Assembly: GCA_001244265.2 (NCBI GenBank) | Contig: CDLV01000005.1 | Span: 124,001-188,000 of the forward strand | DNA from: Microbotryum violaceum | Taxonomy: Eukaryota | Length of the DNA stretch: 64,000 bases | Reading direction: 5' to 3' | Shown here: positions 40,411 through 52,065 of the stretch, piece by piece | Position numbering within the stretch: the first letter of the stretch is position 1 | Layout of the letters: every line of letters begins with the position of its first letter | Translations under genes and position numbers: made by a program | The notes under the pieces: generated by a model | Database searches by the model: none | What the model saw: only the letters and a program-made list of their open reading frames with translations | What the model was told of the DNA's origin: nothing

Positions 40411-43227
40411 TTACTCCAGCTTGACTTCCCCTTTCCACACAGGTTCAATCGATCTGTAGTACAAGCTCATAAACTCAATCTCTGCCACCAATTCGAGTCC
40501 GACAGATCCGTTGAAAAATCACTCACGTATCACCATTAAAGTCCTTGGACCCCGGTTCGGTCTCGTCATTGTACAGCCTCCCATACTCGAGCATCAACCT
40601 GAACTGGTAGGTCTCCAAATCGGCCCAACGGTAACACGACCTGACCCACTCCTTACCAGCCATGGCGATCTGCTTCCCCAAAGCGTCGTGCGCGCCTTCG
40701 CCGTTGATCCCGCCACGGAAGAAGGCGAGAATGTCCCACATGTCGCTGTAGTCGACTTGCATAGGGATGAAATGCAACCATGGGATGGCCCAGTCCGTCC
40801 AAAATTCGGGAAAGATCGTCGCTTTCACGACCGCCGCGTTGGATAGCATCAATCGGCGGAAACGACCGGACCAACTATTGCCATCGACGTCTGTGGATCA
40901 AATTGGGCCCGTCAGCAAATAACACCTTCAGAGGTCGTGCGATCATCGGTGGCACTGACCTAATACGTATTTGTACAAGGCAGCTCGGTCAAACGAGATG
41001 CGCTTGTCGTAACCTTGAAACACTTCTTGCATCTCGTCGCACGTCCCATCCTCCTTGACGCACTGCACCGCCGGGCCGACCATCCCAGTATCCAAGAACA
41101 ATGGGTTCAACTTGAAGTTGGGCACCTCAACGAGGCGCATCTTGTCGTCCTCGTCCGTCAAGGTGATGTTGCGCGTCCCCGATTCCTGATGCGATAAGAG
41201 ATGCAGACGAGCACGTTGGGTCGTGCGCCATGGCGACGTCTTCTCCCATAGCGGGCCACTCGTCTGCCCGCGCCATTGTAGTGACGAGAAAGGCCTCTCC
41301 TCCCACTTCGGATCATGCTTGGCTTCGAGTTCGAGTTGTTCGACAATCAGAGAGTGCACATCGCCAAAAGTCGTCTGTACACCGGGCGTGAAAAGGGGGA
41401 CGACCGGCGTCGGGTGGTGTGGGTAGACCCATGACGTAGTCGCGTGAAAGTGACGGTACTGCGGCGAGTCGCAGACATCTATATACTGCTTGAAGCCGTC
41501 GACCAGGCTGCCAATCGAGCCGGGAACGGGGGCGGGCATTTCGTAGCCGGTCGAGTCCATGCTCGCCCAGCCATACTCGAAATCCTTCCCTCGGACCGCA
41601 GTTCCATTCGGGCAGAAGGCGGGCATCGAGTGGTGAGGCCAAGGTCCCGTCTCTTTGGGTGGGTAAGGTGCTCCTTCATCAGGCTCATCTGTCAAGGCAG
41701 TTACACGCCCTTTTGTCGTCAGTACGGAGGTGTTTGCAGTGCAGCCCGCTGAGACCGGTGTGAGGGGCTCACATTCTCCTTTCTTGACCAAATTTTCCAG
41801 TCGAGCCCGTTCTTCGGCGGCCATCGCAATCCTCGCTCCATCATGCCCATTGTACATGATCGTCATATCGGGAAGCAAATGTGCGAATCTCGACGCCAAG
41901 AACTCGACTCCTCTCGCTCGGTCGTGATTCTCGAGTTGGCCCGCACGAGAGATCACACCGTTGGTAACGGTCATGTTCCACAGCATGTCGAGGTACGTAG
42001 ACGTGTACTTAACGCGATTGCGGAAATGAGGAGGATCAAAGGCCCGGTACATGAGCAGATCCTTGTCAATCAAGTCAAACTCGTCAATCAGAACGACCTT
42101 GTGTGCTTTGGCAAAAGCATACCTGTGCTCAAAAATACGATCAGTTCAGCTATCATGTATCACCATCTCTGGACGTGGGAAATGACTCAAGCTTACCACT
42201 GATCGAAACCTTTTGGCGGCTTGCGTTGGTATCGCTTCTCGTACTCTGCAACTGCCTCCTTGAATGTCTTGCTTTGTCGCCCCTTGAGCTCCTTCCACTG
42301 CCTCTTCGCTCTTGCCATCATCGCCGGAATCGGATGCACCTCCCCCTCCTTGAGCAATAGCCTTCCATCCCGCCTCGCAGGGGGTAGTTCGACCGCAGTT
42401 GAAAGCGTACTCTTGGCCTTGGGGAGCTTTCCCTGTCGAGCCTTGGTCGCCTCCGTCGGCTTTTTGGACCCCGGTGGTGTATAGTCCGATTCTTCATCAT
42501 CTAGGCCCGCTCCGCTTTCGGCCTCTTCTGAAGCTCGATTACGCCAACTAATCGCCGATGCCGCCCTTTGCGGAATGTAAGGTCCAACCGCGCCCTGCAT
42601 CTTCAGCTTGACCTTTTGCGACGAAGGCGAGGTCGAATACGTCAGGAACAAGCCGAAGCAGATCAGCACCAGCAAGAGGGGGATGAGCGGACCCCTTCTC
42701 CCGACGAGGTAGATCGGTCGCAGTATGACATCTCGAACAAGTCTCAAGGTGCGTTTCCATCCAGGTTGACTTTTCGTAGTGTAGAACGCTCTCCGTGCGC
42801 CGCCGTATGAAGGGAGTCCGTTCGCATTCACATTCACGTGTGGGGTTCGAGGCCCACTCGATGTGGAGCCTCTCGAGCCCGCGCCATTCGAGATGTTCGA
42901 GTTGCCGAATAAGGCCGGAACCGATCTTCTTAATGCACCTGGTCTATCGAGCAACGGACTCGGGAAGGATTCCTTTCGGATATGTTGTCCCTGGGAGAAT
43001 GCGTTGGTCCCAATTCGTCCCGAGTCTTGCAGGCTAATCAGGTGAGGTGAGGCCGACGACCGCGCAGAGCTGTGCGAGTAATCGATCGGGTCGTCTTGGT
43101 AAGCTGGCGAGATATTGACTGGGACAAAAACAAAAGGGTCAGTGTGAGCAGAAATGCGATACAAGTCGGAGGGTTGGAACTGTCTGCGAGGTGACTTCGG
43201 CCAAAGTCCGCGGCGACTGGAAAGCAT
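40411..43227 (-). CDS. Glycosyltransferase family 90 (CAP10-like), paralogue B
   Basis: TM helix, HPIPAMM..A..QW..LKGRQSKTF.EAVAEY..RY..KPPKGFDQW, QWRGQTSG, DVDGNSWSGRFRRLM, KATIFPEFW, PWLHFIPMQVDYSD. Confidence 0.9.
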
Positions 43228-43613
43228 GAGTGCCAGCCAGGTCGGGTGACGATGATTCACTCGCTCAACTGCTGGCCAGTTACCGGGTGCTCACCTGTGG
43301 TGGCCGAAGGTCGACGAGCCAGTGGAGCTTGTGGCTCCATAGTCGGCTTCGATGTTTCCCCGAAGAAACGCAATGCGAGCTGTACGGGGCTGAGACAAGA
43401 GGGCAGCAAGCGAACAATGATCCTCTCGCCCGTGCCATCGCCAGCCTCGCCGGATTCCGAAGGAGGCTTGGACTGTCTCAGATCTCGCAACGACGAATTC
43501 AACGAAGGGAAGGGTATGCACATAGTCTCCGTTACATATGCACGCTACAGAGCAAAACAATGGATGCTTTGCTCATGCAAGATAAACTTAAAATCAATAT
43601 CAAGAGGATGCAA

Positions 43614-45924
43614 TCAGATTTGATCCCACAGTGCCGAGACCTGACTGCTCGGGAACCACCAACCGTCCACACTGCGCACGCGACCGCCCAAACCATGGCC
43701 AGAGATCTCCCGAGGACCTACAACAGCGTCCTCTCCAGCGAGCAAGAGCGCAAGTCGACCAACGCTTGATGTACCTGTTCAGAGAAGTATCCGCATTGGC
43801 GGTCCGATCTAAAGCTAAAGATGAGGCTATCTGGCGACTCACCGTGGACGACAAAGGCGTCGGCGTAGAGCGCGAGCGTCGTCAAATCGCGCAGTAGGTA
43901 CTGCATATGCAACTCGCATCCGTCAATTATCTGGCCTGAGACCGGAAGAAAATGACTGTAGATGATCCGACCTACCCTCGTCAGAAGTACCCTCAGTGAC
44001 TTGGGCAACGCGTTGAAAGTCTTTTGATCAAACTCGGTCACAACCTTGGTCGTGTCGCTTCTAGCGTTCTCGACATCGGCCAAGTCGCTCCACTGTCTCA
44101 ACTCCTCCGCAGGAGGGGGTGAGGTCCTCTTGATGTCCATGTTCCGTGCCAGATCGTTCTGCGCCAGCTTGGCCACAATGTCCGCGTCCTTCTCACCCGA
44201 GACGACCACGATATGGGCCTTGGCACCGCTCGGGAACAAGGTAGGATGGTTGCGCGAGTAGGAAGGTTCCGCGATCGAGTTCTTGGACAGCCGACGAAGT
44301 GCGTCGTTGACGCCTTGCATCACGAGCCCGAATCGATTATCCGTCGGTGCCCGTTGCACGCCAATCAGCCGTAGCTCGGCGGCAGGCAGCCGTTCCGCCA
44401 AGAGCGGGACGTGCACACCGATCACCGGCCCTCGGTCGTTCCTTTCAGCACCTGATTGCTGATCATAATCCCTCACATCCTCGTCGACCTGTTCGGCTTC
44501 AGCTCGACCCGTGTTTTTCGACTCCTCGGGGCGTCGCTTCACCCCTCCCCAGGTCGGCGAGTTTTTGCGGCCGCGGACAGCACCGTCGCCGAGACCAAGC
44601 TCCATCCTTTGCCTTCGCACCATCGTGGCGAGTTGATCGTGGGGTTTCCAAAGCTCACGCAATACGGCGGACGCATCGGCAAAGACTTCTTCCAATGGGG
44701 CGGGCAAGGTCTCTCCCTCGGGGAGGATGGGCCCGAGCTGACGATTACGCATCTCGTTCATCGCGTCAGGATCCAAAGTCTCCTCACTGTTTGTTCACAA
44801 CGATATCAGCTTTTTTTGGTGTTGACGAAGGCATAGAACCACAGGTCGAGTGAAACTTACCGGATCCAGTCATCGGCGTGCTTCATGTGCTGCCTCGAGA
44901 ACCAGATTCGGTCCTGGCTCTGCCACCTTCGCGAACCCAAAGCCGTCGCACGTTCGGTCATGAACCAGTCGCTGGGTGGTCGACAGTGGATTGACCGAGG
45001 AACAAAGTAGTCTATGCATGGCAGTTGTCGGGAGGCGAAAAGATGGAGTTGATCGATTAGAAGAGATGGAGCGCAAATCGTTCAAGAAGACATGGAGCGA
45101 TAAACGTTCCCCACGCTGCAACGTCGACATCTGATAGACGCTCACCTCGTAACGAGCCGTAGTTCCACTCGACATCATCCGCAAGCAAAGTATAGCCCAA
45201 CTTGTTGGCAATGACGCCGGCTCGGACGTAGGCCAACATCTCGGACGCCAAACCCTCGGTACTTTAGCACGGGTCAACACGAGACTTTGTCGTTGGTCAG
45301 CAGTTCTTCAGTCCCAGGCGTGACCTGCGTAGAAAGAGACGTACCTCGTGAATTTGAAAAGCATCACTCTCTTGCACTGGGGCAGACTTTGGCTGCCGGC
45401 GCTGGAAGGACGTTCGTCAGCTTCCCTCCACCGTTTCGGCAGGACGTGCGATTCGCCGGCGCCTGCCATGAGCGTCTTCCTCTCGCGTCCGATTGCGACG
45501 ACACGGCGTTGGTACTTCCATGAGCTGAGATAGTACCCCATGACGTAAACAGCTGCGAGGCCGAGGGCAAGACGCAGCAGGAAGCGATTCCGACGACGTG
45601 TTGCATGGACACTGAAGGCATCCGCCGTAGCTGAGAAGGGAGGCGTAGTGTTCTAGTTAAGCGCTGAGGGCGGCCTGTACGATCAGCACAGTAGTCTTGT
45701 GCGGACCTACTGCTGCGACTGTCCCTCCTGTTCCATGCGTCTCGGGAAAATTTGGCCGGCGGGGGATCCTGGTGGTGGTTGGAGGAGGACGTGCTGTCGC
45801 CTGGCGCGTTCGTCTGCACGTGCACCGCGGTCGAACCAGCTGTATTAGGTCGTCGTTGGTACGCGATCGATTCACCGCGTACATGCGCACGAGCATCCTG
45901 CCCGGTGCCGTGTAGGGAGCTCAT
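43614..45924 (-). CDS. Putative GT-B glycosyltransferase, GT23/NodZ/FUT8-like type II membrane protein; start uncertain
   Basis: Hydrophobic N-terminal segment; LASEMLAYVRAG...NYGSL; PVIGVHV; spliced C-terminus YLLRDLTTLALYADAFVVHGTSSVGRLALLLAG...RVRSVDGWW, resembling FUT8/NodZ motifs. Confidence 0.55.
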
Positions 45925-47021
45925 AGTCGTGAGTTGAGCCCCGAGCTGACCGTAAGTGGGGGCGGCGGGAGGGAGGAGGCCGTTGCGCTCGATCGAATCC
46001 GCTTCGGTCGCGCTTAACGCGTTCACTGCAAAACGCCCGAGAACTTGACCGATATTCACCCGCTCCATGCTCACAGAAGTCGGCGAAAATTTGTATGAGA
46101 AACTGGGGCGGTACGCGATTACATCTTGAATTGCTTCAGATCCCCCAGCTACAGATTTCAACAAACACACGACAACTGGCACTGCTGTAGATCATTGTAC
46201 GTTCGAGGAAGAATCGACATTTGCACCTTGACTGTTGATTCCCCAACTCCGACTACTAGCTATAGTGTGTGCGGCTGCCCTGAGAATATCACTCGACGTT
46301 CATACCTACCCAACGAGGTGATTTTCTCTCCTGGACCATAGTCTGCGATGCATGAAGCAACGATGTGGTAACCGGTCCGGGGAGACGCATTCACCAAGTT
46401 GGCAGTTGGACCCGGTCGGACCCTTCGGCGCGGACTCTTGGCAAACGCGTCGACTCGACTCGCGGCCGGGCCGCTGTCGCGCATGTCCCGATGGAAATGG
46501 TCAACGAGCGTATAAACTGTCCCAATGCACAGTGTACATGTCGACCACACATTAAACCGCTGCAATGTGCTCATTGGCTGTTTGCCATCTACAAAAGGGA
46601 CCACCCGTGGTGATCACCTAGTCACCACTGCTGAAAACGGCAGTGAGCTAGGCACATACCGCTCCGAAGACATCGTAACGAGGTCCCGAATGAGCCTCGT
46701 TATGAAGAAGGCGATCTCCAGTGGGAACCGGCCGGACCTGACAAGCACAGCTCGTCGCGAAGGCGCGACAGACCGGGCAACGTTCGACTCGGACTCCGGC
46801 GGCTCGCGCACACGAACGTCTCTTCTCTTGGCTCCCACTTCTATATACACTCTTGCGCGTGTGCTTCTCATCACCAACGCAACTCTTCAGTCCCCTGTCG
46901 CCGCTCTAGTCGCGTGTCTAGGCTCAGTGTGCGCTCGCTCGCCCACAGTTCGCTCGCGCAGATCCAAAGTCCGTACAGAAGTGCTTCCCGGTCCGGCGCG
47001 TGTCGCGAGGCTCGTACGAAG

Positions 47022-49571
47022 ATGTCGGCCTCGCTACAGCATGCGGTCGTAATCCCCGTCGAAAAGGAAGACAGGACCTCCTACGAACTCGAACACGTCT
47101 CGAATGATGGTCGATATTGGAAGGACAGTGCAGCACCGCTGCTAGGGTCACCAGAAACAGAGTACGATGAGGATGACTGGGTCTCCTCCGCGCCACATCC
47201 CCCTCGGCCCTGGCTGGGCTCACGCTTCGGGATCCGCCTCCCCGACGCAGTTTCTGATCTCGCGTCAAGACTACCCGGATCAGCAAACCATTTTGGGCGA
47301 CCATTACATGCGACACAGTGGTTCAAACTCGCTACGGTGCTCGGGCTCGCGGCTACCCTCATCGTAATACTTCTTTGGATGATATCAGGGCGGGATCACG
47401 AGCAGAAGCCGGCTTTCATGCTCGCAGCGTTCCGGAATCTTGAGTTTCCAACCAGCCACGGCCTTCTCATGTTCCCGGCTAGACGACGGGGCTCGTCCGA
47501 AGTACCTCAAGAGCAGCCCCACCCGATCCACCTGCTCTTGGCCGAAGCGCGTGAGAAGTGGGATCACAAAGTCGCCGTGCAGTCCAAGACGCTCGAGGAC
47601 GCGGTAGAAGAATACAAGCGACGATACGATATGAACCCTCCTTTAGGGTTTGACAAATGGTTCGAATGGGCGACCCAGCACGATTGTCAGCTCTTGGACG
47701 AGTACGACTCGATTCACCGACGCATTTTGCCTTTCCATTCACTGAGCGGAGAGACAATACGCGCGAGGGCCAAGGAGATGCAAGACGAACAAAGCGCGAT
47801 TCTCCACAACAACTGGTTCGCTATCGATATTGAAAAAGATGGGAAGTCGTTCGAGGTTCGCGGACCAATGCCGAGATTTAATGTCGACATGCTCAGGGAG
47901 GTCAGGGAACTCATTCCTTTCGACCTCACTTTGACCTTCAATGGTAAGAAACTTGCCTCGCTCTTGCATCCTCTATGACCGGCTTCCTCATTTGTTCCGC
48001 ACGCAGGTCAAGACGAGCCCAAGGTTTTGGTCCGAGGAGAAGCATTCCAACGCCACATGGAGCATGCGCTCGCCCATGAATGTGAGTCTTGAGCCGAATA
48101 CACGACCTCGGAATGACCTGGCAACGGTATTGCTCACCTGTCCCATATCTCTTCCGTCTCCTGCCGCGCCTCGCAGTCATGCCGGAAGAAGAGGAGAGAG
48201 CACTCCTCATTAGGGGCGAAGTCAACGGTTACATGGAAACATGCCCTCCCGGGTCAGCCATTCGCACCGCCGGTCGATGGGACAAGATCGACTTTGTCCC
48301 CGACTTGACGCGGCCCACATCTTTCATCGAGGAACATCGCGCGAGTATGTCATTCTGCGATTGGCCTGCGAACGAGGCCCTGCATGGATCGAGTTTCCGG
48401 GTGTACCCTAGCCCCGAGCTTCTGCGCCCCGTATTCTCTTGCTCCGTCATGGCGATGCATCATGATCTGTTGATTCCGACGGTTGATCAGTACGACTGGA
48501 GCGTAGGGCCTGATCCATCTTGGTATCACAAAGAATACAACAAGGTTCTGTGGAGGGGCTCGACGACAGGGACAGATGGCGATGATCACACTATGAAGTA
48601 TTCGCAACGGTTCCGCTTGACGCACTGTATGTAAATGTACCAAGACAAGAGCGAATGTGACCGCCCGTGAACTGACCCTAGATCGTCTCCTATACTTTGA
48701 TCAGTGACCCGGCAAACCGGCAATATCTCGCTCATGCTTGCACAGTCCGACACCGATAACGGTCCAGGACCGACCACGATTGTTAACGAGTCGATTTCCA
48801 TGCTTGCGAACAAGTACTTCGACTTCTCCTTCACGGGCGAACCAATCCAATGCTCGGAAGAGGCTTGCAAGAAAATGGCCCAACATAACCAGTTCAAGGA
48901 GGTAATGTACACGGAGGAGCAGAACAAGTATAAGTACGTGATCGATGTGGATGGAAACGGATGGAGTGGGAGATTCCATCGCCTGATGAGGAGCAACACG
49001 ATGGTACTCAAGAGTACAATTTTTCCCGAGTGGTAAGTAGACCTGACAAGGTGCTCTGTTCTTTCGTCGTATAGACGGCGATCACTGATCTCATCTGATG
49101 ATCGGACCGATTCCTTCGCTTTGCGCTTTGCCCAGGTACACGGATCGAATTCAACCGTGGCTGCAGTGAGTATCTTGACTTTTGTCTCTGCGGAAATGCC
49201 GGGTATTGATCGCATTGCCTCCATTCCTTCAAGCTACGTTCCTGTCAAAGTCGACTATACCGACCTCATTCCAATCATGGCCTTCTTTATGGGCGACCTC
49301 GAGGGACGCGGGGCGCATGATTACTTGGGCGAGCGGATAGCTACACGGGGCCGGCTCTGGACCGAAATGTATTGGCGGTACGAGGATATGCAAGCGTGTG
49401 AGTTCCACCTTCCCCTCACTTCAAGAAGAGCCCGGAAATCTGAAAAGTGGGTTCACTGATCATCTCAAGATGCGGCTGGCAGACTTCCTGCGCTTGGTAC
49501 TCGAGTACGGACGAGTCTCGAGCAAAGAGTATCCGACCGACACGCGATTCGATTATATTGCTTCAGTATAG
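47022..49571 (+). CDS. Glycosyltransferase family 90 (CAP10-like), paralogue C
   Basis: TM helix, HPIHLLL..A..KW..KV..QSKTLEDAV.EY.RRY.MNPPLGFDKWF, LWRGSTTG, YKYVIDVDGNGWSGRFHRLM, KSTIFPEW, YVPVKVDYTDL, RLVLEYGR. Confidence 0.9.
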
Positions 49572-49843
49572 GCGGAGACATCGTGGGGTTTATCTTTTAT
49601 CCGTATTTGCTTTTGATTGTCTTGCAATCAAGTGTGTATCGCAGTAGCCTACCGTTGTCAAAGCCAGGTATCCCCTTTCGGGAAAGAGCAATCTGCACGG
49701 TATTGCAAGGATGTGAACATCTCCAGGTATAGAATCAGATGGCTACGAAAATTATATGGTTTCGAAAACGTCCTGCTAGTGCTGTACTGGGGGTAGGCAA
49801 GAGCTACTACGTGCGCTTGGAAGCCAGGCCCCCTTTACCCTTC

Positions 49844-50886
49844 TCATTCACCCCGGAGCACGTTCACGGTCACTATCGAAACATTACCGTCGGTACGGAT
49901 GGAGTGGTTGATTCCATGTTTCTTGTGGGGGGTAAGAACGTGAGGTTTTGACTCGTCGCGAAGAACCTTATCTGGGAGGCAGGAGAGACCGTTCCGTTGT
50001 GGGACGTTGCGTTGCCTACGAATTCGTCCCGACCACGATCGTATCCGTTGGGTACAATATTGTGTCCCTCGCCAAGCGATTTCTCGACCGAGGCGGCGAG
50101 GAACCAAGCACTGGAGTTTGCCTTGGGGCCGTTCTGTTGCCAGTAACGAAAATGCGGGCCACCTTTAACGATCTCCGTCCATGTGCCAAGCTGGAGGTCA
50201 AAGTAATCGTATCGAAGCAGGTCGGTTTGATTATCTAATCGTACCAATAAACATTAGCATGGCTGGGAATGCAAGAGGTCCCGGCTCTGGAACCCCCTGA
50301 TTGACACCTTACGACGTCCAACGACCGCACTCACGTGGTCCGTTCCCATCGCCGAGGTCGGCGAGTTGCTTCCCACCGAGTGTGATATCGCCGGGTTGAA
50401 TCGCGTATTGAATCGACAAGCACCAATCTTGGAAGCCGTGTTCGGTCAGGATGTAAGAATCCGAGTTGCCGGAGATGACGATGTTGATGGGTTCGCCGAG
50501 AGAGCCGTTATGGGCCGCGTACTTTTGCGGATCGAGTACATGGATCAGCGTCTGAGTGTATGAGAAGCACAGCAGCCCGACTGCGGACTCTCTCCGGAGT
50601 GTCTCATGCGAACGACCTGTGCGCCGCGTTCGGCGTCCCTAGAGCGCCACGCTGCCTGGAGCTGGGGTTCACGGGAACGGCCTCAAGCAACTGCACTCAC
50701 CGTCAGCCACCTGCCCCCACCATCCTTAACGTCGTAGAATCCCAATCCTTGGTAGCCCTTAGGTTCGCTATCACTGAGCGCGGCCGTGAGGCGAGGCGCG
50801 GCGTTGACTGAAAGAGGGCTCAAGCTGACGAGGGCGACAAGGGCCGAGAGGAGGGGTATCGCACGGAAGCGGCTGTTGAGCGCCAT
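49844..50886 (-). CDS. Secreted protein of unknown function, copy 1 (1-bp homopolymer shift near 49930)
   Basis: Signal peptide MALNSRFRAIPLLSALVALVSLSPLSVNA; GGGRWLT; GEPINIVISGNSDS; NQTDLLRYDY; GGPHFRYWQQNG; AWFLAASVE; IVPNGYDRGRD. Confidence 0.72.
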
Positions 50887-51094
50887 GCCTTTGTCGAAGG
50901 CCAAGGATCTGATGACCCTGTTGTGATGTAACTGATTGTGGTATCTGAAGCTGACCGAGGAAAAGAGAAGGAAGAAACCGGTAGGAGGGAGAAGTGTCTC
51001 TGCCGAATGACACGATGTCAGACTTTGTCTTAGAACAAGACTAGTTGCGAAAAGAGCGCCAGTTTCGGCATGTCTCCTGTCTACGGAGTGAGAT

Positions 51095-51336
51095 AGGACC
51101 CTGGAAAGCTCAGCCGAAGGTGCGTCTCGAAAAACCCCGTTTTTAGGCCGATTTTGTACACCGAATATCCCTATATAAGGGTGTATGTATTCCGGTGTAA
51201 AACCAGATTATCGGGTTGTGTTGAAAAAGTTACTCTACCATGAAAAATCACGTCATGTAGCATATCACAAGGCATAAATGGGCCCGAAAAGTACAGATCT
51301 CCGAGACGCACATTGGGCTGAGCTTTCCCGGGTCCT
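51095..51336. mobile_element. hAT-like MITE (242 bp), copy 1
   Basis: ~35-bp imperfect TIRs AGGACCC.GGAAAGCTCAGCC.AA.GTGCGTCTCG; 8-bp TSD AGTGAGAT at 51087-51094 and 51337-51344. Confidence 0.85.
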
Positions 51337-52065
51337 AGTGAGATCTACACGGGCAACCCTATGGGGATCCGTTTCTGGTTTCCGTAAGTCCGGCTGGCGG
51401 GGCGGGTCGTATGGATTCCGTAGTCTAACAGACTAGAATGATCGGAATTACAATCCACTTCTCGCCAAATCCCATATTTCGGCATGAGAAACACAACAGA
51501 CGACCGGTACATGCTCTGAGGTCTTATATAACCTTTTCATCCGTGATATTTGCTGACAAGTCGATGTTGTCATGTTTTACAAACTATAAGAAATCCAGCA
51601 GGAAAACGCATGCGAGGGTTGACATTCAAAGAAGACGTGTTGAAGGGAATTGCTGCTTGGTAGTTTCCCATTAGCTCCCGAACAATCCCACACCAAGAGC
51701 ACAATTCATGAAGTTACTTACTCGAATCCGTAGCTATACTGCATGCTGCAGCCGTTTCTTTGAGAAAACTTGTCCCGTATTCGTTGTAGAGCTTCCACGA
51801 TGACCGCTTCAGGTGTCGCGAGCTCGAGGCCAATTTGTCTCGAGCACAGTTCGGGTCGGCCCACCAGTTCAATGTCCGCATGTTTGTTTGCGCTTGCACC
51901 GTGCCGCTGTTAGTATAGGTAGGGTCTAAAAGTCAGGCAAGGACTAATACTTACAGAGAGATGCAGTACCTCAACTTTCCCCCTAGAAGTCAGCATTGAT
52001 GATGCAAGCGTCGACGATTTGTGTAGGCGATGACTTGGGAATAACGGGAAGGCATGGCTTCGGAT

